Source of the DNA: an uncultured Gammaproteobacteria bacterium
GTDB taxonomy: Bacteria > Pseudomonadota > Gammaproteobacteria > Steroidobacterales > Steroidobacteraceae
Direction of reading: 5' to 3'
Length of the DNA: 64,000 nt
Assembly: GCA_963738285.1 (NCBI GenBank)
Contig: CAVTVX010000009.1
Coordinates: 96,909 to 160,908, forward strand
Positions 54,795 to 64,000 of the stretch are shown piece by piece (positions within the stretch are counted from its first letter, which is position 1; each line of letters starts with the position of its first letter). A model generated the notes under the pieces. It did no database searches and had not been told where the DNA came from. It was given only the letters and a program-made list of their open reading frames with translations. The translations under genes and the position numbers were made by a program.

Positions 54795-55154
54795 CCGGAG
54801 AACCATCGTGGGGGTCGCGTTGCCAAACGCTTCGTGGCCCTAGCCGGCCAAAACCGGGCAGTCAACTCACCGAGACGCCTGCCCAAGAGCTGCGATTCGC
54901 TCGCCCCCGGCTTTGTTGCCAATCCGTAAGTGTCTCGGCACGCTGCCGAAAAGCAGCCACTGGCGACCGACCGCTCCGGGCCACTACCAGCGAAGTTGCA
55001 CGTTGTGCGCTGTTCCCTGGCGTCAATTTCGGAAGCCCGGATGAGAACCAACAGCAGATTTTGGATGGATTTTTTCGCCCGCCAGCCCGCCAGCCCGCTG
55101 GCCCGCTGGCCCGGCAGGTTCGGAGGTCGCACTCTCTGAGCTAATTGATTTAAT

Positions 55155-55214
55155 TGGTCGGGGTGAAAGCCTGCCACACGTCACTGCCATGCCCGTCCGG
55201 ATCGGGGTGAAGTG
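55155..55214. repeat. tRNA-Pro 3'-end direct repeat unit R3
   Basis: AATTGGTCGGGGTGA is identical to the genuine tRNA end plus 3 flanking nt (56228-56242). A second core GGGGTGAAGTG lies at 55204-55214. Confidence 0.8.
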
Positions 55215-55258
55215 AATTGCACAATGGGCTCTCGGCGACGTAGGCTGGACGCAGTCCC

Positions 55259-56221
55259 ATGAGCTGGTGTTCGGCCCTCATCGCCGGTACGCGTCGAGCT
55301 TCAGTGCTCGGCACGATCACTCGCTGCTTGATTGCTTTGGGTCCAATTGCAGTATTTTGCTTGATCGCCGCCCGCGCAATGGCAGGCGCGGAGTCACGCC
55401 CCGAGTCCGGGCAGCCGACGTCGTCGAACCTGCCTGACACCGAGCTCGAATCGGTCACGGTCGAGGCCAACCGGCGCCGGGAGCGAATCGACAAGCAGGT
55501 CAGCGAGTTCGTTTATTCGGTGGCCGGCCCTGGCTTGGTGGAATCGCTGGCCCGTTGGAATGTTCCTGTATGTGTTGCGACGGCGGGGCTGACGGCGCCG
55601 GAAGCTGATTTCGTCAAGAAGCGCATCGCGGAGATCGCAACGGACGCCGACGTGCCATTGGGTGGACCGGGTTGCGGTCCGAATTTCGCGGTCATCGTGA
55701 CGCCTGAACCAGAAAAACTATTGAGGGCATGGTGGTCGGCGGAACATCGGCTCTTCAATCGCGACCGGGGTCTGGGTGGTGTTAACCGCTTCATTCAGGC
55801 GGATCAACCGGTGCGTGTCTGGCATAACGCCTGCAATGCTCCGCCGGGAATTCCCGCCTATGCCTTCTCAACGATTGCGAATTGCGGCGCTGGTGTATCG
55901 GGATCGAGACTCACGTGGGCTGCGGTGCGGGCGGTTTACTCGGCCATCGTGGTTGTCGATCTCGACCAGATCGAGGGCCTGACTTTCGGTCAGGTGGCGG
56001 ACTACGTGGCCATGGTCGGTCTCGTGAGAATTCGGCCGAGCCCGGAGCTGGGCGACGTCTCGACGATTCTCGGCTTGTTTGCTACGAACGGCAGCGACCG
56101 GTCGAAGGGATTGACCGTCTGGGACCAGTCGTTTCTCAAGGCCCTCTACGCGACCACGGGAGGAAGCATGACCGAGGTTTCGCTGATTAAGGTCAGGATG
56201 AGCGAGGAACTCGCGCGCTGA
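55259..56221 (+). CDS. hypothetical exported protein (island cassette 4)
   Basis: 320 aa with the hydrophobic N-terminal segment CLIALGPIAVFCLIAARAMA. I recognise no family. Confidence 0.45.
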   Translation: MSWCSALIAGTRRASVLGTITRCLIALGPIAVFCLIAARAMAGAESRPESGQPTSSNLPDTELESVTVEANRRRERIDKQVSEFVYSVAGPGLVESLARWNVPVCVATAGLTAPEADFVKKRIAEIATDADVPLGGPGCGPNFAVIVTPEPEKLLRAWWSAEHRLFNRDRGLGGVNRFIQADQPVRVWHNACNAPPGIPAYAFSTIANCGAGVSGSRLTWAAVRAVYSAIVVVDLDQIEGLTFGQVADYVAMVGLVRIRPSPELGDVSTILGLFATNGSDRSKGLTVWDQSFLKALYATTGGSMTEVSLIKVRMSEELAR

Positions 56222-56230
56222 GCTGTGAAT

Positions 56231-56307
<77 letters not shown>

Positions 56308-56325
56308 AATCGAGAGAGCGTCCGG

Positions 56326-57294
56326 TCAGGCATTCCGGCTGACCGCAAACCGGGCAAGGGCCGCCAGTGCGTCGCGATAGGCCGAGGCGGGAACATCGGC
56401 CAGTGCTGCCTCCGCCCGTCCCGCCTCGTCGTTGGCGAGTCGCGCAGTGTAATCAAGCCCTCCCGTGCTTTCAATGACGGCGCGGATCGGGTCCTGCTCC
56501 TCGGTCCCCCCCTGCGAGATGGCATTCCGGATCAACGAGGCGGATTCGGCGTCGCTATGCGCGAGCGCATGAATCAAAGGCAGCGTCGGCTTGCCCTCGG
56601 CGAGGTCGTCGCCGGTATTCTTGCCGAGCGACTCGGTGTCGCCGCGGTAATCGAGCGCATCGTCGATCAGCTGGAACGCAATGCCGAGATGCTTGCCGTA
56701 GCGCGTGAGCGCGGCTTCGACGGACGGCGGCGCCCGCGCGACGATCGCAGCGACCTGGGCGCCGGCCTCGAACAGCCGGGCAGTCTTGCGGTAGATCACC
56801 TCCATGTAGCGGATCTCGGTCGTATCCGGGTCGCCCGAGTTCATCAGCTGCATCACCTCGCCTGCGGCGATGGTGTTGGTCGCGTCGGCCATGACCCGGA
56901 TGACCGATGCCGAGTCCAGCGCCGCCATCATCTGGAACGCGCGGGAGTAGAGGAAGTCGCCGACCAGGACGGAGGCCGGGTTGCCGAACGCATGGTTCGC
57001 GGTCGCGCGTCCGCGGCGGCGGGCCGAATCGTCCACCACGTCGTCGTGCAACAGCGTCGCCGTGTGAATGAACTCGATCAGGGCCGCGGCCGGAACATGG
57101 GCCGAGTCCTTTGCGCCTGCGGCCCGCGCAGCCAGCACGACGAGCAGCGGCCGGAGGCGCTTGCCGCCGCCGTCGACGATGTAGTCCCCCACCTGGTTGA
57201 CGAGCGCGACGTCGCTTGCCAGTTGGCGGCGGATTTCGGCGTCGACCGCTGCAAGGTCGCTGGCGACGAGGGTACGTATGTCGTTGAGTTGCAT
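56326..57294 (-). CDS. ispB: octaprenyl-diphosphate synthase (polyprenyl synthetase)
   Basis: 322 aa with LLHDDVVDDS and FQLIDDALD (the two DDxxD motifs). It shows the classic divergent synteny with rplU. Confidence 0.9.
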   Translation of the reverse strand: MQLNDIRTLVASDLAAVDAEIRRQLASDVALVNQVGDYIVDGGGKRLRPLLVVLAARAAGAKDSAHVPAAALIEFIHTATLLHDDVVDDSARRRGRATANHAFGNPASVLVGDFLYSRAFQMMAALDSASVIRVMADATNTIAAGEVMQLMNSGDPDTTEIRYMEVIYRKTARLFEAGAQVAAIVARAPPSVEAALTRYGKHLGIAFQLIDDALDYRGDTESLGKNTGDDLAEGKPTLPLIHALAHSDAESASLIRNAISQGGTEEQDPIRAVIESTGGLDYTARLANDEAGRAEAALADVPASAYRDALAALARFAVSRNA

Positions 57295-57432
57295 GGAATC
57301 CCGGCATCCCCGCGGGACAAGGGCATCCTAGCGACATTCGGCCCTTCGGGAAACGCGGGAAGGGCCGTACCGGTTTGACCGCGGGGGGTCCCGTCACTAC
57401 AATTGCCGGCTCTTTTTGGAGTCCAGTCAATC

Positions 57433-57747
57433 ATGTACGCCGTCATTGCCACCGGGGGCAAACAGTACCGGGTGAGCGAGGGCACCGTCGTGCGGGTCGA
57501 GAAACTCGATGCCGACGCGGGCGCCACCGTCGAGTTCAACCAGGTCCTCCTGATCGGCGAAGGCGCGGATGTCGCCATCGGTGCGCCTTATGTCACGGGT
57601 GCGCGCGTCACGGCGACCGTGCAGGCGCATGGCAAGGCCGACAAGGTCAGCATCGTCAAATTCCGGCGCCGCAAGCATTACCTGCGGCAGAAGGGTCATC
57701 GCCAGCCGTACACCGAAGTGAAGGTGACGGGAATCACGGCGGCCTGA
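57433..57747 (+). CDS. rplU: 50S ribosomal protein L21
   Basis: [17 protein letters not shown]...KFRRRKHY. Confidence 0.95.
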   Translation: MYAVIATGGKQYRVSEGTVVRVEKLDADAGATVEFNQVLLIGEGADVAIGAPYVTGARVTATVQAHGKADKVSIVKFRRRKHYLRQKGHRQPYTEVKVTGITAA

Positions 57748-57757
57748 GGAGTCGAAC

Positions 57758-58015
57758 ATGGCACACAAGAAAGCAGGCGGCAGTACCAAGAACGGGCGTG
57801 AGTCCCAGTCGAAGCGGCTCGGCGTCAAGAAGTTCGGCGGCGAGCGCGTGCTCGCCGGCAACATCCTCGTGCGCCAGCGCGGCACGCCGTATCGCGCGGG
57901 CGAGAATGTCGGCGTCGGGACAGACCACACGCTGTTCGCGCTGAAGACCGGCCGCGTCCAGTTCCGGAAGAAAGGCGCTGAAAGGCGTACCTTTGTCAGC
58001 GTCCTGCCGGAATAA
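57758..58015 (+). CDS. rpmA: 50S ribosomal protein L27
   Basis: [24 protein letters not shown]. Confidence 0.95.
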   Translation: MAHKKAGGSTKNGRESQSKRLGVKKFGGERVLAGNILVRQRGTPYRAGENVGVGTDHTLFALKTGRVQFRKKGAERRTFVSVLPE

Positions 58016-58019
58016 GTAA

Positions 58020-59096
<1,077 letters not shown>

Positions 59097-59104
59097 ACGG
59101 ACGG

Positions 59105-59156
59105 AAATGAAGGGGACGCACCCCCTCAGAACTGAAGGGGTGCGTCCCCTTCATTT
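59105..59156. repeat. REP-like palindromic element, copy C (25-bp arms, 2-nt spacer, one mismatch)
   Basis: AAATGAAGGGGACGCACCCCCTCAG pairs with CTGAAGGGGTGCGTCCCCTTCATTT. The element lies between convergent obgE and rpsT and probably acts as a bidirectional terminator. Confidence 0.85.
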
Positions 59157-59166
59157 CTTTCATTTT

Positions 59167-59436
59167 CTACTTGGCCGGCATCGCCTTGACCTGGCTCGCC
59201 AGGCGGCTCTTGTGCCGCGCCGCCTTGTTGCGATGGATGATTCCCTTGCGGGCCATCGAGTCGATCACGGGAGCCGCAGCCTTGAGCGCGGCGTCGGCTT
59301 CGGCTTTCTTGCCGGCCCGAATGGCTTCGACGACCTTGCGCACGGCGCTGCGCACCTTGGATCGATGCGCGACATTCCGGGCGCGGCGTTCGACCGCCTC
59401 GCGGGCCCGTTTTTCGGCTGACTTGGTGTTGGCCAT
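59167..59436 (-). CDS. rpsT: 30S ribosomal protein S20
   Basis: Trimmed to MANTKSAEKRAREAVERRARN. Confidence 0.95.
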   Translation of the reverse strand: MANTKSAEKRAREAVERRARNVAHRSKVRSAVRKVVEAIRAGKKAEADAALKAAAPVIDSMARKGIIHRNKAARHKSRLASQVKAMPAK

Positions 59437-59495
59437 AAGGGCGCGCATTGTCCGGATGCGGGCCCGGATTGTCAACGCGGTATAGTGCCGCCGGC

Positions 59496-61052
59496 ATGTC
59501 GCACGGATTCCTGCGCAATACGACCATTGTCGGCCTGCTGACGCTCCTTTCCCGGATCACCGGCGTGATCCGGGACATGGTCTACCTGATCTCGTTCGGC
59601 GCCGGGCCGCTGATGGACGCTTTCCTGGTGGCGTTCAAGATCCCGAATTTCCTGCGACGACTGACGGCCGAGGGCGCTTTTTCCCAGGCTTTCGTCCCGG
59701 TCATTTCCGAATACAAGGTGCAGAAAACCCATTCGGAGGTCCGGCAGCTGGTCTCAGGCGTCGCGGGCGTGTTCGGAGTGCTGCTGTTCATCATCACGCT
59801 GGTCGGGGTGATTGCCGCGCCGGCCCTGGCCTACGTCTTCGCGCCCGGCTTTCACCAGAGCGGCGACCGCTTCGACCTGACCGTCGAGATGCTCCGCTTC
59901 ACCTTCCCGTACATGTTCTTCATCTCGCTGGTGGCGCTCGCAAGCGGCGTCCTCAACAGTTACGGACGCTTTGCGGTGCCGGCATTCAACCAGACGCTCC
60001 TCAACCTGGTCATGATCGTTTCGGCGGGCGTCGTCGCGCCTTATTTCGCGAATCCCGGCCTCGTGCTCGCGATCGGCGTGTTCGTCGCGGGCGCCGTGCA
60101 ACTCGTCGCGCAGTTCCCGGCGCTCCATGCGCTCGGCCTCCTGCCCCGGCCACGCTTCGACCGCGCACACGAGGGCGTACGCCGGATCGCGCGCCTGATG
60201 CTTCCCGGCATCTTCGGATCCTCGGTCGCGCAGGTCTCGCTGTTGCTCGACACGGTCATCGCCTCGTTCCTGATGGTCGGCAGCGTCACCTGGCTCTACA
60301 GCGCCGACCGCCTCGTCGAGTTCCCGATGGGTGTCTTCTCGATCGCGCTCGCGACCGTGATCCTGCCGGGCCTGTCGTCGCATCACTCGGAAAAATCGGC
60401 GGAGAAGTTCAACGCGACGCTCGACTGGGCGCTGCGCCTGACGCTCACGGTTGTTGCACCGGCGGCTATCGGCCTGCTCATGCTTTCAGGCCCCCTGATT
60501 GCGACGATCTTCGGCTACGGGGCATTCAAGGACCGGGACGTCCTCATGTGCAGCTACGCCCTGATGGCCTATTCGTTCGGCCTGGTCGGCTTCTCGATGG
60601 TCAAGGTGCTCGCGCCAGGCTACTTTGCACGCCAGGATACCCGGACGCCGGTGAAAGTCGGGCTGATCGCGCTCTCGGTCAACATCGTCTTCAACGTCAG
60701 CGTCGTGGTGCCGGCATTCCTGCTCGGCTTTCCGGTGCCGCACGTCCTGCTCGCCGTGTCCACCGGGCTCTCCGCCCTGATCAACTCCACGCTCCTGTAT
60801 CGGGGGCTGCGGCGCGAGGGCATTTATCGGCCTTCCGCGGCGTGGAAAAGACTGCTGCCGCAGATCCTCGTCGCGAGTCTTGCCCTGGCCGGCTTCCTCT
60901 GGTGGATCTCCGGCGACTGGACCGCCTGGACCGTCTGGTCCGCGACGCGCCGCGCAGTCTGGCTCGGGACCGCCGTCATCGGCGGCGCCGCCGTCTATTT
61001 CGGGGCGCTCGCGCTCGCCGGCCTGCGCCCGCGCGACCTGAAACATCTATAA
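59496..61052 (+). CDS. murJ: lipid II flippase MurJ (MviN)
   Basis: Trimmed to MSHGFLRNTTIVGLLTLLSRITGVIRDMV...FLVAFKIPNFLRRLTAEGAFSQAFVP. Confidence 0.9.
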   Translation: MSHGFLRNTTIVGLLTLLSRITGVIRDMVYLISFGAGPLMDAFLVAFKIPNFLRRLTAEGAFSQAFVPVISEYKVQKTHSEVRQLVSGVAGVFGVLLFIITLVGVIAAPALAYVFAPGFHQSGDRFDLTVEMLRFTFPYMFFISLVALASGVLNSYGRFAVPAFNQTLLNLVMIVSAGVVAPYFANPGLVLAIGVFVAGAVQLVAQFPALHALGLLPRPRFDRAHEGVRRIARLMLPGIFGSSVAQVSLLLDTVIASFLMVGSVTWLYSADRLVEFPMGVFSIALATVILPGLSSHHSEKSAEKFNATLDWALRLTLTVVAPAAIGLLMLSGPLIATIFGYGAFKDRDVLMCSYALMAYSFGLVGFSMVKVLAPGYFARQDTRTPVKVGLIALSVNIVFNVSVVVPAFLLGFPVPHVLLAVSTGLSALINSTLLYRGLRREGIYRPSAAWKRLLPQILVASLALAGFLWWISGDWTAWTVWSATRRAVWLGTAVIGGAAVYFGALALAGLRPRDLKHL

Positions 61053-61084
61053 TTGCGCGGCACGATTTCCGATCCGGCAGGGCC

Positions 61085-62011
61085 ATGCTGATTCGACGCG
61101 GTTTCATACCCGGCCGGAACGCGCATCCCGGGAGGGCCGTTGCGATCGGCAATTTCGACGGGGTGCATCTCGGGCACCAGGCGATCCTGGCGGTTTTGCG
61201 GGAACGCGGCCGCGAGTTGCGGCTCCCGACGGCCGTGGTCTGCTTTGAGCCCCAGCCGAAGGAATTTTTTGCGCCGCCGGCGCCGCCCGCGCGGCTGATG
61301 CGGCTCCGCGACAAGTTCGAGCGAATCGCGGAGCCGGGCGTCGAAGAGCTCCGTGTCCTGCGCTTCGACGCGGCGCTCGCCGCCCTGGAGGCGGATGCAT
61401 TCATCGAACGCGTACTGGTCGGGACGCTGAGGGCGAAAAGAGTGGTCATCGGCGAAGGATTCCGGTTTGGAAGGGGCCGCGGCGGCGACGTCGCGCTGCT
61501 GCGCCGTGCCGGCGAAGTACGGGGCTATTCGGTGGACGCCGTGCCGGCGCGGCAGGTGCACGGACGCCCGGTGAGCTCGACAAGGGTCCGCGAGGCGGTC
61601 GCAGCCGGGCGATTCGACGAGGCGGAGTCCCTGCTGGGACGCCGATTCACGATCGGCGGGCGCGTCATCGCGGGTCGGGGGATCGGTCGCTCGCTGGGCT
61701 TTCGCACGGCCAACATGCGCCTGCATCGTCGCGTGTCGCCGGTCGCCGGCATTTTTGCCGTGCAAGTCTCGGGAGGGGGCCTGCTGCGCCATCCTGGAGT
61801 CGCGTCGGTCGGAACGCGCCCGACGATCGGAGGCACGGAGTGGCTGCTCGAGACCCACCTGTTCGATTTCGACGGCGACCTCTACCGCCGGCGGCTCGCG
61901 GTCGATTTCCGGGCGCGGCTGCGCGACGAGATCCGGTTTCCGGACTTCGAGTCCATGACTGCCCGGATGCATGAAGACGCGCGGCTTGCGCGCAAGCACC
62001 TGTCCGCCTGA
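61085..62011 (+). CDS. ribF: bifunctional riboflavin kinase / FMN adenylyltransferase
   Basis: ATG at 61085. Sequence reads [16 protein letters not shown], and the kinase part GFRTANM...[12 protein letters not shown]. Confidence 0.9.
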   Translation: MLIRRGFIPGRNAHPGRAVAIGNFDGVHLGHQAILAVLRERGRELRLPTAVVCFEPQPKEFFAPPAPPARLMRLRDKFERIAEPGVEELRVLRFDAALAALEADAFIERVLVGTLRAKRVVIGEGFRFGRGRGGDVALLRRAGEVRGYSVDAVPARQVHGRPVSSTRVREAVAAGRFDEAESLLGRRFTIGGRVIAGRGIGRSLGFRTANMRLHRRVSPVAGIFAVQVSGGGLLRHPGVASVGTRPTIGGTEWLLETHLFDFDGDLYRRRLAVDFRARLRDEIRFPDFESMTARMHEDARLARKHLSA

Positions 62012-62019
62012 GGAACGGC

Positions 62020-64000
62020 GTGGACTACAAGCAGACGATCAACCTGCCGAATACCGACTTCCCGATGAAGGCGGACCTGGCGCGCCGCGAGCCGGAGACG
62101 GTTGCCCGCTGGCTCAGCGACGACATTTATATGGAGTTGCGGCGGCGCGCCTCCGGCCGGCCGAAGTTCGTGCTGCTCGACGGGCCGCCCTATGCGAACG
62201 GCGTGATCCACATCGGGCACGCGGTCAACAAGGTGCTGAAGGACATCATCGTCAAGTCGCGCACGCTAGACGGCTACGATTCGCCCTACGTCCCGGGCTG
62301 GGACTGTCATGGCCTGCCGATCGAGCAGCAGGTCGAGAAGAAACATGGCCGCGTCGGCCAGAAGCTGGACGCGGACGCTTTCCGCAAGGCCTGCCGTGAA
62401 TACGCGGCGAGCCAGGTCGACGTGCAACGCACGGATTTCCAGCGCCTCGGCGTCATGGGCGACTGGAACGACCCCTACCTCACGATGGCCTCGCGCTACG
62501 AAGCCGAGCAGCTTCGCGCCTTTGCGGCGATCATCCGGCGTGGTCACCTGGTGCGCGGGTTCAAGCCGGTGCATTGGTGCCTCGACTGCCGCTCCTCGCT
62601 TGCCGAGGCCGAGGTCGAGTACGAGGACCGCGATTCGCCGGCCGTGGACGTCCGATTCCCGATCGTGGATCCGCTCGACACGGCGCGCCGCTTCGGACTC
62701 ACGAGCGACGAGGTGACGGGAGCCTCGGTCGCGATCTGGACCACGACGCCCTGGACGCTGCCCGCGAACCAGGCGGTCTGCCTGCATCCTCTGTTCGACT
62801 ATGTGCTGGTGGACCTCGATCGCGCGGCAGGCACCGACCGGCTGATCGTCGCCGAGGCGCTGTTGCAGTCCTTTGCCGCGCGTATCGGCGCGACCGGGCA
62901 TCGCGTGCTCGGCAAGGCCACCGGCCAGGCGCTCGAAGGCCTGCGCCTGGAGCACCCGTTCTACGAGCGCGAAGTGCCCGTGATCCTCGGCGAGCACGTG
63001 ACGCTCGACGCCGGCACCGGCGCCGTGCACACCGCGCCCGGTCATGGCGCGGACGATTACGAGATGGGCAGGCGATACAACCTGCCGATTGACAACCCGG
63101 TCGGCAATGACGGCCGCTTCGTCGCGGGCACGCAGTTCTTCGAGGGACTCTCGGTCTTCGACGCGAACCCGAAGATCGTCGAGAAACTCGCGGAAGAGGG
63201 GCGGCTGATACACCACGAGTCGTACCGCCACAGCTATCCGCATTGCTGGCGCCACAAGTCCCCGGTCATCTTCCGCGCCACGCCGCAATGGTTCCTGAGC
63301 ATGGAAAAGGAGGGGCTGCGGCGCGACGCCCTGGCGGCGATCGAGACCGTGCGCTGGATCCCGGGCTGGGGGGAACAGCGCATCACGAGCATGATCGAGT
63401 CGCGGCCCGACTGGTGCATCTCGCGCCAGCGCGCCTGGGGCGTGCCGCTCGCAATGTTCGTGCACAAGGAAACGGGCGAGCCGCATCCACAGACGCCGGA
63501 GCTGCTCGAGCAGGTCGCCGACCTCGTCGCGGAGGGCGGCATCGAAGCCTGGTTCGCGTTGAATCCGCGGCACCTGCTCGGCGACGAAGCCCTCGTCTAC
63601 GAGAAATGCGACGACGTGATGGACGTCTGGCTCGACTCGGGCGTCGTGCATCACTGTCTGCCCGCGCTGCGGCCGGGCGTCATTCCGTTTCCGGTCGACA
63701 TCTACCTCGAGGGTTCGGACCAGCACCGCGGCTGGTTCCACAGTTCGCTGCTCGCCTCCGTGGCAGGCCGCGGCGTCGCGCCCTACCGGCAGGTGCTGAC
63801 TCACGGGTTCACGGTCGACGAGAAAGGCCGGAAGATGTCGAAGTCGCTCGGCAACGTCGTCGCGCCGCAGAAAGTGATGCACTCGCTCGGCGCCGACGTG
63901 CTGCGGCTCTGGGTTGCCGCCACCGACTACAGCGGCGAGATCAACGTCTCGGACGAGATCCTGAAGCGCATGTCGGACAGTTACCGGCGCATGCGCAATA
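62020..64000 (+). CDS. ileS: isoleucine--tRNA ligase, 5' portion (continues beyond the window)
   Basis: Not in the ORF track because it is open at the right edge. Manual translation from the GTG at 62020 (AGGAA RBS) gives [26 protein letters not shown]...[29 protein letters not shown]...[10 protein letters not shown], including the HIGH motif. The KMSKS motif is at about 63832-63846 ([10 protein letters not shown]). Confidence 0.9.
   Translation, partial: MDYKQTINLPNTDFPMKADLARREPETVARWLSDDIYMELRRRASGRPKFVLLDGPPYANGVIHIGHAVNKVLKDIIVKSRTLDGYDSPYVPGWDCHGLPIEQQVEKKHGRVGQKLDADAFRKACREYAASQVDVQRTDFQRLGVMGDWNDPYLTMASRYEAEQLRAFAAIIRRGHLVRGFKPVHWCLDCRSSLAEAEVEYEDRDSPAVDVRFPIVDPLDTARRFGLTSDEVTGASVAIWTTTPWTLPANQAVCLHPLFDYVLVDLDRAAGTDRLIVAEALLQSFAARIGATGHRVLGKATGQALEGLRLEHPFYEREVPVILGEHVTLDAGTGAVHTAPGHGADDYEMGRRYNLPIDNPVGNDGRFVAGTQFFEGLSVFDANPKIVEKLAEEGRLIHHESYRHSYPHCWRHKSPVIFRATPQWFLSMEKEGLRRDALAAIETVRWIPGWGEQRITSMIESRPDWCISRQRAWGVPLAMFVHKETGEPHPQTPELLEQVADLVAEGGIEAWFALNPRHLLGDEALVYEKCDDVMDVWLDSGVVHHCLPALRPGVIPFPVDIYLEGSDQHRGWFHSSLLASVAGRGVAPYRQVLTHGFTVDEKGRKMSKSLGNVVAPQKVMHSLGADVLRLWVAATDYSGEINVSDEILKRMSDSYRRMRN

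Noticed and set aside
55075-55120. A short tandem octamer run, (CCCGCCAG)x2 (CCCGCTGG)x2, downstream of the SDR gene. I checked it as a possible CRISPR-like or VNTR feature.
   Set aside because: It is only about 40 nt with no spacers, so it is far too short for an array. It is most likely slippage or a weak hairpin in island DNA.
62266-63882. A 538-aa minus-strand ORF.
   Set aside because: It is antisense to ileS, whose plus-strand translation shows unambiguous IleRS motifs ([19 protein letters not shown]). It is a shadow ORF.

Overview
This is a high-GC, gene-dense proteobacterial chromosome segment. I call 55 protein-coding genes (two running off the window edges) and one tRNA. I found no CRISPR array, integrase, transposase or recognisable defence genes.

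- **Right end, 56.2-64 kb:** a classic housekeeping block of tRNA-Pro(CGG), ispB, rplU-rpmA-obgE, rpsT, murJ-ribF-ileS.
- **Middle:** central and nitrogen metabolism genes (ppc, a LOG-family protein, slyD, homospermidine synthase, a D-aminoacylase-family amidohydrolase, ndh, rocF-rocD arginase/ornithine aminotransferase). It also holds a putative catabolic operon (RHH protein, serine hydrolase, FAD oxidoreductase, Rieske oxygenase, sodium:solute symporter, CocE/NonD hydrolase).
- **Left 23 kb (most unusual part):** almost entirely exported or envelope proteins of unknown function.
  - An ApbE flavin transferase lies convergent to a DUF3570/DUF4266/TlpA module and two outer-membrane barrels.
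  - A divergent set of secreted CxxCH (heme c motif) proteins includes an HzsA-like propeller lipoprotein, a LamG lipoprotein and a Tat-exported DUF1501-like protein.
  - These run co-directionally into a second TlpA-like thioredoxin, two very large TPR proteins and an ExbB-ExbD-ExbD-TonB-like motor.
- **Other points of interest:**
  - a ParA / Omp85 / methyltransferase / pseudokinase-like operon;
  - a REP-like palindrome family sitting exactly at three convergent gene junctions;
  - a lower-GC 4-kb stretch next to tRNA-Pro, split into single-gene units by direct repeats of the tRNA 3' end.

All product calls rest on motif and family recognition by eye, since no searches could be run. Many long ORFs in the supplied track are antisense shadow ORFs typical of high-GC DNA and were discarded.
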